Positions 9,843 to 20,050 of a DNA stretch of 64,000 nt are shown in pieces. Source of the DNA: Ignisphaera sp. Its GTDB lineage: Archaea; Thermoproteota; Thermoprotei_A; Sulfolobales; Ignisphaeraceae. Location: the NCBI GenBank assembly GCA_038889075.1, contig JAWAHS010000001.1:215764-279763 (forward strand). Reading direction: 5' to 3'. The translations under genes and the position numbers were made by a program. The notes under the pieces were generated by a model that worked only from the letters and a program-made list of their open reading frames with translations, made no database searches and had not been told where the DNA came from. The first letter of the stretch is position 1, and every line of letters starts with the position of its first letter.

Positions 9843-10760
9843 TTGTTTTCAAAAATTAAGAACATATTTAAGAGTTTTACAAAACAGATATCTGATACGA
9901 TAATGTATAAGACTATTAGTGAAAAGGATGTGGAGGAGTTCTGCAATAAAATTCTTACTGAGTTAATTGAAGCTGATGTAGCTTATGATGTAGCAGAGAG
10001 AATTGTAGAAACAATTAAGAATAACCTAGCGGGTCAGAAGATACATCGTGGAAGCAATGTAGAGGAGTATATGGATGGAATCCTATATAAATCGCTGTAC
10101 AATATCCTTAGTAGTGGTGTAACCCGTAACTTTCTAGAGGCTGTTAAAGATATTGTTACAAGAGACGGCGTTGCCAAGATAATGTTTATGGGTATAAATG
10201 GTGTTGGTAAAACCACAACTATAGCAAAGGTAGCATACACGCTTAAACAGAGTGGTTTAAAGTCCGTTATTGTTGGTGCTGATACATTTAGGGCTGGTGC
10301 CCAGGAGCAGCTTAAAAAACACTGTGAGAAGTTAGGGCTACCATTTATTGGCGGTAAATATGGAGCGGATCCCGCAGCTGTAGCTTTCGATGGAGTAGTC
10401 TATGCTCAGAAGAACAGATACCATGTAGTTCTAATAGATACTGCTGGTAGGATGCACATAGATGTGGATTTGATGAATGAGCTTAGAAAGATAGTAAATG
10501 TTATAAAACCGCATATGAAGATTCTAATCGTCGATGCTTTAACAGGTAATGATGCCATTGAACAGGCTAGGAAGTTTGATGAGGCTGTGGGTGTAGATGC
10601 TGCTATTCTAACTAAGGTTGATGCGGATGCTAGTGGTGGTGCCGCACTTAGTGTTATTATGGGGATAGGTAAGCCGATACTGTATCTAGGAGTTGGCCAA
10701 GGCTACGATGATCTGCTTGGGTATGATCCAGACGCAATACTTAAAATGCTACTCAGATAG
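9843..10760 (+). CDS. ftsY: Signal recognition particle receptor FtsY
   Basis: GINGVGKTTTIAK, DTFRAGA, DTAGR, TKVD, GVGQ. Confidence 0.96.
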   Translation: MFSKIKNIFKSFTKQISDTIMYKTISEKDVEEFCNKILTELIEADVAYDVAERIVETIKNNLAGQKIHRGSNVEEYMDGILYKSLYNILSSGVTRNFLEAVKDIVTRDGVAKIMFMGINGVGKTTTIAKVAYTLKQSGLKSVIVGADTFRAGAQEQLKKHCEKLGLPFIGGKYGADPAAVAFDGVVYAQKNRYHVVLIDTAGRMHIDVDLMNELRKIVNVIKPHMKILIVDALTGNDAIEQARKFDEAVGVDAAILTKVDADASGGAALSVIMGIGKPILYLGVGQGYDDLLGYDPDAILKMLLR

Positions 10761-10819
10761 TAGAGCTATTCAGAAGAATCAAGGCTGTAGCAATGGGTAT
10801 CAGAAGAAGGTGTTGAGAA

Positions 10820-11020
10820 ATGGCATCTACTAAAACGCTGAAGGAAGCTTTCGAAGGTATGAGAAAGATTATAGATTTGGCTGAGAAGCCCGATGCTGAT
10901 GATTTTAAGCAGATCCTTAAGATTACCCTCCTCGGCTTTACACTGGTTGGTGTAGCTGCCTTTGCTCTGTCATGGTTAATAAACTTTATTCTACAGATTA
11001 GCGGTGCTGGTATAACATAG
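10820..11020 (+). CDS. secE: Protein translocase SecE/Sec61-gamma
   Basis: KPD...F motif followed by a single TM helix; located between ftsY and spt5. Confidence 0.85.
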   Translation: MASTKTLKEAFEGMRKIIDLAEKPDADDFKQILKITLLGFTLVGVAAFALSWLINFILQISGAGIT

Positions 11021-11046
11021 CTGTATCGTATTATATGGTGTAGGCT

Positions 11047-11532
11047 ATGGCTGATCAGAGTCCTCAGGAAGCTAAGAGTGGTAGGCAACAGATGTTCTTT
11101 GCCGTAAGAACTACGGCAGGACAGGAGGCAAATGTTGCCCTAATGATAGAGGTTAGGACAAGGACTCTCAATCTACCAATATACTCGATTCTATCGCTAC
11201 CTAGCCTACGGGGATACATAGTACTTGAAACAACAGGGCTCCATATAGTTTATGAGGCAGTTAAGGGACTTAAACATGTAAAAGGTAGAGCATCAGGAAC
11301 GCTTAAATGGGAGGATTTAGAAACTCTAATAAGGCCTAAGTCGCTAATAGAGCTTCTTCAAGGTGGAGAGGAGGTGGAGATAATAGCAGGGCCATTCAGG
11401 GGTATGAAGGCAAGAGTTGTAGCTATTGATAAAGTTAAAAACGAGGTCTCTCTCAGTATATTAGAAGCCAGCTATCCCCTTACAATAACTGTACCTATAG
11501 ACTACATTAGGGTGCCTAGAAAGGAGGTGTAG
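11047..11532 (+). CDS. spt5: Transcription elongation factor Spt5 (NusG)
   Basis: FAVRTTAGQE NGN domain; VEIIAGPFRG KOW motif. Confidence 0.95.
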   Translation: MADQSPQEAKSGRQQMFFAVRTTAGQEANVALMIEVRTRTLNLPIYSILSLPSLRGYIVLETTGLHIVYEAVKGLKHVKGRASGTLKWEDLETLIRPKSLIELLQGGEEVEIIAGPFRGMKARVVAIDKVKNEVSLSILEASYPLTITVPIDYIRVPRKEV

Positions 11533-11537
11533 GTATA

Positions 11538-12056
11538 ATGGCTAGGATAAAGGTGGTAAAGGTTCAGGTAGAGGGAGGTAAAGCTTCATCGGCACCTCCC
11601 CTAGGTCCAGCTCTATCAGATGCTGGATTAAATGTTGATGAAGTTATCAATAGAATAAATAAGATGACGGAGGAGTACAAGGGTCATACACTTACTGTGA
11701 AGATCGTTGTTGACTTAGATACAAAGGACTATAACATAGAGCTGGAGCTACCAACAGTAACAAGTCTACTACTTTCAGCAGCAAAAGCTTCTGAACCCTC
11801 GGGCGATCCTATGCACAAAAAGATTGGGAATATAGGCATAGAGGATGTAGCTAGAATAGCAATTCTAAAGAAGCCAGAGCTCAACACGAAGAGCTTAAAA
11901 GCTGCAATTAAGACAATTCTGAGCTCTGCTAGAACTATCGGGCTTACAGTAGAGGGTAGGGATCCAAAGGATGTCATTAAGGATGTTGATAGAGGTGCGT
12001 ATGATGAGGTTATTAAAAAATATGAAGAGGCTTGGAACCGAGGTGGTAGGGTATGA
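11538..12056 (+). CDS. rpl11: 50S ribosomal protein L11
   Basis: VEGGKASSAPPLGPAL, TVEGRDPK. Confidence 0.95.
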   Translation: MARIKVVKVQVEGGKASSAPPLGPALSDAGLNVDEVINRINKMTEEYKGHTLTVKIVVDLDTKDYNIELELPTVTSLLLSAAKASEPSGDPMHKKIGNIGIEDVARIAILKKPELNTKSLKAAIKTILSSARTIGLTVEGRDPKDVIKDVDRGAYDEVIKKYEEAWNRGGRV

Positions 12057-12715
12057 GCATATCATCTAGTAAGGAATTTACGGAGGCTTTAAAGAATGCT
12101 ATCCAGCTTGCTATAGAGGCTAAGAAACCTTGGAAGTTTGTGCAGAGTATAGAGCTTATAGTGACGTTTAAGGATGTTGATGTTAAGAAGCAGCAGGAGT
12201 TTAGATTTAGGGATACTATTGTACTTCCAAAGGGTCTGGATAAGGAGAGTAGCATATGTGTTGTTGTTGATGATGCATCGGTTCAGAAGGCTATTGAAGC
12301 AGGCGCATATAGAGCTATAGGTAGGAGTGATCTATCTAAAATTGATAAAAAGAATGCTAAGAAAATTGCCCAGGAATGTGACTGGGTTCTAGTAAGAGCA
12401 GATCTCATGGGACAGGCTGGAAGAATCCTAGGTCCAGCTTTAGGGCCTAGGGGTAAGTCTCCTATCGCAGTACCTGTAAATGCTGATGTTGCTACCTACA
12501 TTAGACAGTACAAGAATTCTGTTAGGCTATACTCAAAGGAGCAGCCATGGGTTGGGTGTAGGATTGGTAGTGAGAAGATGCCGATAGAGTCGCTAGTTGA
12601 AAATGCTATAGCGGTTCTCCAATACATTGAGGAAAAGGTTAAAAGGCCACTTCTACAATCATCACGTATATATGTTAAAACAACTAGCAGTCCGGCTATA
12701 GAGGTAGTTCCATAG
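12053..12715 (+). CDS. rpl1: 50S ribosomal protein L1
   Basis: FVQSIEL, GRILGPALGPRGK, IYVKTT. Confidence 0.95.
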   Translation: MSISSSKEFTEALKNAIQLAIEAKKPWKFVQSIELIVTFKDVDVKKQQEFRFRDTIVLPKGLDKESSICVVVDDASVQKAIEAGAYRAIGRSDLSKIDKKNAKKIAQECDWVLVRADLMGQAGRILGPALGPRGKSPIAVPVNADVATYIRQYKNSVRLYSKEQPWVGCRIGSEKMPIESLVENAIAVLQYIEEKVKRPLLQSSRIYVKTTSSPAIEVVP

Positions 12716-12722
12716 TTGGTGA

Positions 12723-13808
12723 ATGGGTGTGAAGGCTGGTATTGAAAAGAAATTTGAGAAGCTTTTAAAGGCATACAAATTGGTTTCGCAATCCTCAGAG
12801 AGCACATATAGTAAAGCTAGGTTGGAGAAGCGGAAGCTTGTGGAGGAAGCTAAGAAGTATCTGTCAAACTATAGAACACTGGTATTGCTGGATATGCAGG
12901 GGGTACCTGCAAGATTTGGAGCATATATTAGGAAGAGACTCGATGGCATAGGGATTGTTAAAATGTTTAAGGGAAGACTTCTACACATTGCTATGAGGGA
13001 GATGGGCTTAAAGAATGTTGATGAATTTTCAAAGTATTTAACAGGGCAGAATCTTGCGATCTTCACAAATTTGAATTCCTTTGAAGTATTTCTTTTACTG
13101 AGTAGAATATCGATGCCCGTTAAGGCTAGGATTGGTGAGAAGATTGATAGTGAGATTAGAGTACCTCCAATGAAGACGGATTTGAAGCCGGGGCCTATAA
13201 TGAGTCTCTTCGGTAAGCTTAAGGTACCTATACAGGTTAGAGATGGCGTTATCTGGATAGCTAAGGAAGCTGTTATAGCTAGACCGGGCGATGTTGTTAC
13301 TCCTGAACTAGCTTCAGTGTTTGCTAGGCTTGGTATTGAACCAAGGTTTATTAAACCCAATGTTAAGGTAGTGTATGAGGATGGTCTAGTGCTTACTCCA
13401 GATAAGCTAGTAATTGATATAGATGGTATAAAGCAGGAGATAGGTAGATGTATACTAGATGCATTTAACCTAGCTTCAGAAATTGTAGTACCGCATCCAG
13501 ATGTGGCTAAGCTATCTATTGCCAAAGCCTATAGTAGAGCCCTTAGGATAGCTGCTGAAGCAGGCTTTGTATCTAGAGAAACAGCACAGATAGTATTCAC
13601 TCTAGCAGTTTCACGGGCTTTAGCAATGGCTACAGCACTATCGCAGAAAGTTCCAGATCTTATACAACAGCTACCGGTAACAACACCACAGCAACAGCCT
13701 ACGGTTCAGCAACCACAGCAGGAGGTTGCTGAATCCGAGAAAGAGGAGAAGAAGGAAGAAGCTTTAGAGGAACAGCTAGCGGAGGGTTTATCAGCCCTCT
13801 TTGGATAG
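12723..13808 (+). CDS. rpl10: 50S ribosomal protein L10 (P0)
   Basis: TDLKPGP, LGIEP, acidic C-terminus ending GLSALFG. Confidence 0.95.
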   Translation: MGVKAGIEKKFEKLLKAYKLVSQSSESTYSKARLEKRKLVEEAKKYLSNYRTLVLLDMQGVPARFGAYIRKRLDGIGIVKMFKGRLLHIAMREMGLKNVDEFSKYLTGQNLAIFTNLNSFEVFLLLSRISMPVKARIGEKIDSEIRVPPMKTDLKPGPIMSLFGKLKVPIQVRDGVIWIAKEAVIARPGDVVTPELASVFARLGIEPRFIKPNVKVVYEDGLVLTPDKLVIDIDGIKQEIGRCILDAFNLASEIVVPHPDVAKLSIAKAYSRALRIAAEAGFVSRETAQIVFTLAVSRALAMATALSQKVPDLIQQLPVTTPQQQPTVQQPQQEVAESEKEEKKEEALEEQLAEGLSALFG

Positions 13809-13864
13809 GATTAACATACTGTAAAAACCTTAATTTATTTACTGTATGTATATCCTATTAGATT

Positions 13865-14494
13865 TTAGACCTCTATATTTGCATGCTCTTGCCTAAGATC
13901 CTCCTCAGTTTTCCTTAACCTATACATAAGTTCTGCTATTACAGAATCTAGGAAAATCATTGTACAGTCTTCAAAAAGCGTTCCAAGTGGTGCTAGAGGC
14001 TCATGTATACCTAGGACCTGTCTAGCAAAGTAGTCCTCTACTCTACTCACCTTAGTCCTTCCAGGAACCTCTACCACAATATCAGCTATTTTCGCAAGTG
14101 GAGAATCTATATACGTTGTTATGGCAATTACTATTGCACCAGCAGACTTAGCCGCATCGGCAGCAGTAACAATTAGTGCAGTTCTACCTGAACCCGAAAT
14201 AGCTATAACAACATCACCCTTTCTAATTGGAGATACTATCGTATCCCCGAGGACATAGACATCAAAACCTAGATGCTTAAGTCTCATAGCAAACGCTCTT
14301 CCAACCAAACCACTCCTACCGGCACCCATAACAAGAATCTTCCTATCACTAGAATAGGCATCCTCGAGAATTTTAATAAAATTAACAAGCTGCGGAGTCT
14401 TAAGTACAGATAGTGAACTGGATACAAAATTAGCAATCTGAAGATATGCTCTATAAAACATAGGTAACGTTTGGGCAAGCTCAACGTTACTCAA
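13865..14494 (-). CDS. hxlB: 6-phospho-3-hexuloisomerase (RuMP pathway)
   Basis: [35 protein letters not shown]. Confidence 0.93.
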   Translation of the reverse strand: MSNVELAQTLPMFYRAYLQIANFVSSSLSVLKTPQLVNFIKILEDAYSSDRKILVMGAGRSGLVGRAFAMRLKHLGFDVYVLGDTIVSPIRKGDVVIAISGSGRTALIVTAADAAKSAGAIVIAITTYIDSPLAKIADIVVEVPGRTKVSRVEDYFARQVLGIHEPLAPLGTLFEDCTMIFLDSVIAELMYRLRKTEEDLRQEHANIEV

Positions 14495-14610
14495 ATCATA
14501 GCCACCTATACGGTATATGCATTATAGAAAATAAAAACTTTAAACCCCAAACCACAATACAATACTTATAGTAAGTACCGAAAACCGTGACATATAGACA
14601 GTAAAATAGA

Positions 14611-14687
14611 GCCGCCGTAGCTCAGCCCGGTGGAGCGCCGGCCTTGTAAGCCGGTGGTCGCGGGTTCGAATCCCGCCGGCGGCTCCA
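14611..14687 (+). tRNA. tRNA-Thr(TGT), intronless, CCA encoded
   Basis: GCCGCCG acceptor, CCGGC-CTTGTAA-GCCGG anticodon arm, GCGGG-TTCGAAT-CCCGC T arm, TCCA end. Confidence 0.96.
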
Positions 14688-14813
14688 ACAATAGAATTGT
14701 AGTCAACTCTTTCCCACAGATACGGGACCGTTGTTTCAGACCCGCACATACACCATGAAACGATTAACTAATATTACTGTATGATAATACTATCTATCTA
14801 GGAGACAGTGGGT

Positions 14814-14903
14814 GTGGCTGTGAAGACCTGGTACAACGGTCTGAATCTAAAGGCTTTGAGCGAAGAGAATAGAGCTAGGATACTTCAGTACGCTGTGGAG
14901 TAG
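14814..14903 (+). pseudogene. Possible N-terminal remnant of a crenarchaeal tRNA-associated integrase
   Basis: 29-codon frame VAVKTWYNGLNLKALSEENRARILQYAVE* about 130 bp after tRNA-Thr; resembles, from memory, the HTH-type N-termini of Desulfurococcales integrases. Confidence 0.4.
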
Positions 14904-15203
14904 ATAAGCACAGTAAGGTATGCTGGCATCAAATTTAGCTGCTTTATAGGCGCATGCAATGGCGACGGATATCGCCAACAATTAAACTTTCTTGATGAAA
15001 GCAGCCAGCATTGTAACTAAAATGAAGTGAAGTATCTTGAAAAGTTTAAAATCCTGGATTTAGTAAACGCTTTTCAACTATCAAACGAAGCTAAATTTTT
15101 CCTCTTTCCTTCTTATACCTTTTAGGTCGGAAGTCTCATAAAAGCTTCCCTATTATTAAACAACGCCACGACGTCTCCTACGATGTTTTCGACGTCATGG
15201 ATG

Positions 15204-15737
15204 CTATTTAGAGTCATTTTCCAACTCGTAAACGTTCATGATTTTCCCAGTTAATTTGTCTTTGACTATTACATTCCTCAACACGGGCTTGAACTTCGGG
15301 TTGATCATGACAACCGAGCCATCGGGATTCACGTCGGCGCCGAGAGCTCTACTGCGCCGGAGCTTCAGGAGCCACCAGTAGTCCACGTTTTCTAGGTTAT
15401 AGGGAGTGTAAACACCGCTCTTAACTTTTAGCAATATGTCAGCGTATATGTACTCCCATCTAACCAGTTGACCGCTAACCCGACCTCGGGGCTGAACTTG
15501 AGCATTGGGCCATAGTGACGGAAAACGTAGAGCCCATTTTCTTGTGTGTACTCAACGACGGCCGAAGAATCCTCGGTAAAGGCGAGTACGTCAACGCTGT
15601 ATTGCTTGTGTAGAATCTCCCAGCCTGTTTGGCTTTATCTGGATTATACTAGGAGCATATTTCTATGACATAAACCCTTATGTCTTTACCTAGTTGTTTG
15701 CCCACCTCTCTAGCGCCTATGGCAAACGCGTTTATGT
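15204..15737 (-). pseudogene. BMP-family ABC substrate-binding protein pseudogene (5' truncated, premature stop, frameshifts)
   Basis: Pieces HINAFAIGAREV...VYVIEICS*YNPDKAKQA / VDVLAFTEDSSAVVEY / SGQLVRWEYIYADILLKV...NLENVDYWWLL lie in shifting frames. Confidence 0.8.
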
Positions 15738-15923
15738 GCCGAGGAGTTTAGCAGCAAGATTAAGGTAGTCAAGCTCTCAGCTCTTTCAGAGGAAGCTAGC
15801 AGATACGGAGTCTTCATTACGCCGTCCATCGTTGTGAACGACAAACTCGTCTTTTCGGGAAGGGTTCCGAGCATGAACGAATTCAAGAAAGCAATAGAAA
15901 AAGCGATGGCCTCGCAACCTTAA
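15738..15923 (+). pseudogene. Small thioredoxin-like (MTH895-type) protein, C-terminal fragment lacking start and CxxC
   Basis: AEEFSSKIKVVKL...YGVFITPSIVVNDKLVFSGRVPSMNEFKKAIE*; in-frame TAG upstream at 15711 and no start codon. Confidence 0.72.
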
Positions 15924-16103
15924 ATCCTCACACGGCAATTAGTCTCTCAGTGGAGAGTCCGCTAGTGCGACTGTTTCGGATTTCATATTGGTTTGTACCA
16001 CTTAATAGATTATTTAATAGATTATCGTATAGACCCCTTTCCGTGGAGTTTCTTGACTTTCTTCTTACTGTCTCTTCCTATTTAACAATCTTAACTCTAG
16101 CAA

Positions 16104-16284
16104 GAGGCCGTTGTAGTCTTAGAGAACTTGAAGCACTTGCAGAGCAGAGTCGATGGCAGTAGTTCCTTCAACAAGAAGCTATCGTTGCGGTTCTACAGGG
16201 GGATACAGTTTGCCATAGGGTACGAAGCAAGAAATTAGATTTGTTAATCCAAGGAAAACATCATTAACATGTCCTAGGTGTAGA
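16104..16284 (+). mobile_element. tnpB: IS200/IS605-family TnpB remnant (RuvC-II to zinc finger), frameshifted
   Basis: AVVVLENLKHL...FNKKLSLRFYRGIQFAIGYEA, then a shifted frame EIRFVNPRKTSLTCPRC, the typical VNPxxTSxxCxxC motif. Confidence 0.8.
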
Positions 16285-16374
16285 CCCCTTCGCTTGGGGG
16301 TGACATGGCTATAAGTGGGGCTCAAAATGTGTATTGCAATCGAGGGGACGAAGATGGTAAAGGAAAGAGGTTCC

Positions 16375-17154
16375 ATGATGAGAAGCCTTTCACTTGCCTC
16401 ATTCTTTGGCTTGATGATCGGGGGCGTTGCTGGGCTAATAGGTGTTAGTGGGGGCGAATTTAGGATCCCAGTTTTGCTTCACATACTCAAACAACCAGCT
16501 ACCACTGCCGTAGCGGCTAACCTATTTGTAGGCTTGCTAGTAGTTGTCGCTTCCCTTATTAGGTGTCTTCAACTAGGTTTGCTGAGCAACCACTACGCCA
16601 ACATAGCCTTCGCTATGTCGATGCCATCGATTGTCGGTGCCTATTTAGGAGCTCGGTTAATAGGTAAGTTCCCTGAAAAGATGTTAAGAAAAATTTTAGT
16701 ATCGTTCCTAATAATAGTCAGCTTAAAAGTTGGGATTGAGCCCCTCATTAAAGTACCAATGCCCTCCGCCCTCAAGCTGGGCTTTGTGGAAGAGACCTTG
16801 CTATCTGCGCTGATAGGTTTAGCGATAGGCATAGTCGCGGGGTACTTTGGAGTTGCTGGTGGCGAGTTTTGTATTCCAGCGTTGATCTACATCTTTGGCC
16901 TCGACATCATTGATGCCAGTACTCTTAGCCTCCTCATCTCTGTTCCAACCGTTGCTTCAGGCCTTCTTGAACACCATAAGATGAAGCACTTAAATTACGA
17001 GGCGCGCATCATTGCTATAGCCATGGGAGTGAGCTCGGTTACGGGTTCCCTAATCGGGGCCTCTTACGTTAGCAATGTAGATAAAGACTTGCTTAAAGTA
17101 ATGCTTGGAGCGATTCTCATCTCGTCAGCCCTACGAATCGCTACTAAACTCTAG
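16375..17154 (+). CDS. Sulfite exporter TauE/SafE family membrane protein
   Basis: Duplicated GLIGVSGGEFRIP / GYFGVAGGEFCIP motifs, about 8 TM helices. Confidence 0.88.
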   Translation: MMRSLSLASFFGLMIGGVAGLIGVSGGEFRIPVLLHILKQPATTAVAANLFVGLLVVVASLIRCLQLGLLSNHYANIAFAMSMPSIVGAYLGARLIGKFPEKMLRKILVSFLIIVSLKVGIEPLIKVPMPSALKLGFVEETLLSALIGLAIGIVAGYFGVAGGEFCIPALIYIFGLDIIDASTLSLLISVPTVASGLLEHHKMKHLNYEARIIAIAMGVSSVTGSLIGASYVSNVDKDLLKVMLGAILISSALRIATKL

Positions 17155-17233
17155 AATTCGCTGTTCCACCTCTCATCTCCTTTAAGATCAGCGAGGTTTG
17201 CAAGCTCTATTCCTGCAGCACCGTAGAATCACG

Positions 17234-17914
17234 TTATTTAGGTACCAGGAGATAGATTTTGATCGTATCCAGACCCGTGTTCCTTCGATAAATCTCAACA
17301 CCTTTGACTAGCTTAGTTATGAACTTGCTACACCTTGTTAAACTTGATGAAGAAACTATAGCAAGCTTTTTAGAGATTCTGATAAGCTGTACAACTACAT
17401 CTATATAGATGCGTTCATCAGAATCGGTACAGAGGGCTTCAGACCATTCTTTTGGGCAGGGTAGGTATGGTGGATTAGATATGGCGATGTCGAGAGATCT
17501 ACTCCTTAGACACTGGCCGGAAATGCACTGTACAACATCAATTCTATCAAAAACATTAAATCTCCTAGCATTAATTTTAGTTGCTAGTGCAGATTCCTTA
17601 GACACATCTACAGCTATACCATATAGATTTCCATACTGCTTAAGAAGTTCTATAGCTATGTACCCAGAACCTGAACCAATATCACCGAAGCTATCTGCAT
17701 AAACACTGCCCATAATTGCTCTAGCTATGGTTAGCATTGTTTTAGATGATATAAAGTAGAATGGTATAAACGTTCTGTATACTATGTATCTATTAAGTGT
17801 TCCATACCTCCAGAGAACTTTATGGAGAAACTTGACTACAGAGACTACAGTTATTACTATCACTCTATCTGCTAAATTCACGGACATCCACCCCGTAATT
17901 ATCATCCACATCAA
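17234..17914 (-). CDS. HemK-like SAM-dependent methyltransferase
   Basis: DIGSGSGYIA motif I and SNPPY motif IV; true start probably near 17880. Confidence 0.8.
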   Translation of the reverse strand: MMWMIITGWMSVNLADRVIVITVVSVVKFLHKVLWRYGTLNRYIVYRTFIPFYFISSKTMLTIARAIMGSVYADSFGDIGSGSGYIAIELLKQYGNLYGIAVDVSKESALATKINARRFNVFDRIDVVQCISGQCLRSRSLDIAISNPPYLPCPKEWSEALCTDSDERIYIDVVVQLIRISKKLAIVSSSSLTRCSKFITKLVKGVEIYRRNTGLDTIKIYLLVPK

Positions 17915-18006
17915 ATCTCAGCACAGTACTAGTGACTAATGATATAGCTATGAATTCTATTTCTATAAAAACCTACATATACTACGAGGAGTGAAAACTG
18001 TAATTA

Positions 18007-18570
18007 CTATTTAGATGAAGTATATTGTAGCGCAATATCTATGTAAAAAGGTGCTGCACAGAATATCGATATGAGCTCGGGTATGGCTGCACCCCTAGGT
18101 AATCCGTAAACCAGGTGTAGAATCCATGATATTATAGCTATTGCTAGAGCTATAGTAGCTGAAATCTTCCTAGCGATGTTCTTCATTATAACTACGTAGT
18201 CTATAAGTAGAGCGCCAAGGCTTAGGAAGAAGGCTACCGATACCCAATAGTGAAGTGATCTATAGATTTCATCGAATACCGCTATGAGGATGAGTGTGTA
18301 GCTACATAGGGTACCTAGATAGGCTAGAGATCTATGAATCTTGCTGAAGATAGTTATAGCGGTAAGTGCTATAAGAAATCCTCCTAAGCTTAACCCAAAG
18401 TTAAATATAGGTGCTACGGAACTTCTTGTAGCGTGACCTAGATCGCTTAGTGCATTATCAAATAGGTTAAACCATGGCGATAGATAGATAGAAATAGATA
18501 TACATAGAAGTGGAATTGCGATACTAAGGAGAGGTATCGTAATATATCTCCATCCCTTCAACCACTCCAC
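18007..18570 (-). CDS. DUF998-family membrane protein
   Basis: SPWFNLFDNALSDLG, FN.GL, H..VS..FF, AIPE. Confidence 0.8.
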   Translation of the reverse strand: MEWLKGWRYITIPLLSIAIPLLCISISIYLSPWFNLFDNALSDLGHATRSSVAPIFNFGLSLGGFLIALTAITIFSKIHRSLAYLGTLCSYTLILIAVFDEIYRSLHYWVSVAFFLSLGALLIDYVVIMKNIARKISATIALAIAIISWILHLVYGLPRGAAIPELISIFCAAPFYIDIALQYTSSK

Positions 18571-18619
18571 CCAATCACTATAAGTTAAGCACAGCTTTTT
18601 ATGTTTTCAAGACCTGCAT

Positions 18620-20050
18620 TCAGCATCTACTGAACGTTCTATCTATAATTTCTCTAGGTGGTGGCTCTGTAAATAGACTTACAATAGGTGGTAGCACTAG
18701 GGATAGTGCTAGTGTTGGTGCAAAGGCATAGTAGGTCCATGGAAATCCAAAGTTTCCGTAGGCACTAACAGCTATAGCTGATATAAAGCTCGCCACCATA
18801 GCTATTGTTACAGCTGGTGCTGTTACCCTTTTCCAGAATAATCCATAGATAATAGGGCCTACAAGCACGCCTGATAGAATAGCTGTTGTAATACCAAAGA
18901 GGACCATCACCATCTGTGGAGGCTGTAGAGCTACAGCGGTAGCTATAGAAGCTATAGCTACTGTTGCAACTCTATAGAATACAAACTCACCTCTCCTAGA
19001 AAATCTAGTTTTCGAACCAACAATATCTCTTAGTAGATGTGTCATAGTCCCCATGATAGCTGCTAGTGTTGACATGGAGGCTGATAGTACAGATACGAGA
19101 AATAGAGCATCGAATCCTTGTGGAAATAGTTTCTGAACAAGGTATGTAAATGCGTAATCAGGTTTAGAGACATCTGGTAGTATAACCCTAGATGCTGCCG
19201 ATGCCAGGTTTAGAGACAGAGTTAATGCAACAGTCGTAGCTGTTGCTACGACTGTTGCACTTCTAAATGAAATTCTATTCCTTATACTTATGAATCTCAT
19301 GATCAGTGCAGGGTTGCCCCATCCTAATAGGCCTAGACTTACATATAGTAGGAATAGAGGTACAAAGTCTCTATAGGGCCACTCTGAAAGTGATGGATCT
19401 ATTGATTTAAGGGCTTGGTATAGTCCAGGTAGACCATCTGTATGGATAAGACTGACAACGCATATAGCTATAGCCATTAATATCATAATTATCGCTTGGA
19501 CTGCCTGGGTCCAAACTTGACCTAGGTAGCCACCGAAAGCTGTATAAATGAGTGTGACGACAGTTGTTGCTACAAGTGCAATAACATAATCGACCTTCAT
19601 TACAACCTCAATCGCTCTGGCTACACCAACCATAATCGACAGGCAGTAGATGAAAAGACCAGCAAGCATTACTGTGGCAGCTGTTAAACCCGCTAATCTT
19701 GAGCTATACCGCTTTTCTATAAACTCTATAACCGATTTGAAGCCCAATCTTCTGGATAGAATCATAAACCTCGGTCCTAAGACTATGAACGCTGCCAGAG
19801 TGCCAACTAGTACTACAAAAACATCCTTCCATAGTATAGGTAGGCCATACTTCCAGCCAAGGGCGGTTGCACCAATGAATACAACAGAACTAAAGTATGT
19901 TGTAAAGAACGATAGTGCTGTAACTATACCTCCTATTCTCATACCGCCTACGTAGAGATCCTCAACAGTCTTTATTCTAGACATTGCAGCAATGCCTATG
20001 GAGATCATGATCGCTAGATATATAGCAATAACTGCCAAGGTGAAAAGCAT
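18620..20050 (-). CDS. Sodium:solute symporter (PutP/PanF-like SSS family)
   Basis: About 13 TM helices; YTAFGG..., SASMST, GLFWKR. Confidence 0.9.
   Translation of the reverse strand: MLFTLAVIAIYLAIMISIGIAAMSRIKTVEDLYVGGMRIGGIVTALSFFTTYFSSVVFIGATALGWKYGLPILWKDVFVVLVGTLAAFIVLGPRFMILSRRLGFKSVIEFIEKRYSSRLAGLTAATVMLAGLFIYCLSIMVGVARAIEVVMKVDYVIALVATTVVTLIYTAFGGYLGQVWTQAVQAIIMILMAIAICVVSLIHTDGLPGLYQALKSIDPSLSEWPYRDFVPLFLLYVSLGLLGWGNPALIMRFISIRNRISFRSATVVATATTVALTLSLNLASAASRVILPDVSKPDYAFTYLVQKLFPQGFDALFLVSVLSASMSTLAAIMGTMTHLLRDIVGSKTRFSRRGEFVFYRVATVAIASIATAVALQPPQMVMVLFGITTAILSGVLVGPIIYGLFWKRVTAPAVTIAMVASFISAIAVSAYGNFGFPWTYYAFAPTLALSLVLPPIVSLFTEPPPREIIDRTFSRC

Noticed and set aside
14540-14749. 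69-aa ORF on the minus strand
   Set aside because: Antisense shadow of tRNA-Thr
15950-16376. Short ORFs 15950-16162 (+) and 16179-16376 (-)
   Set aside because: Off-frame readings across the TnpB remnant; no protein-like features
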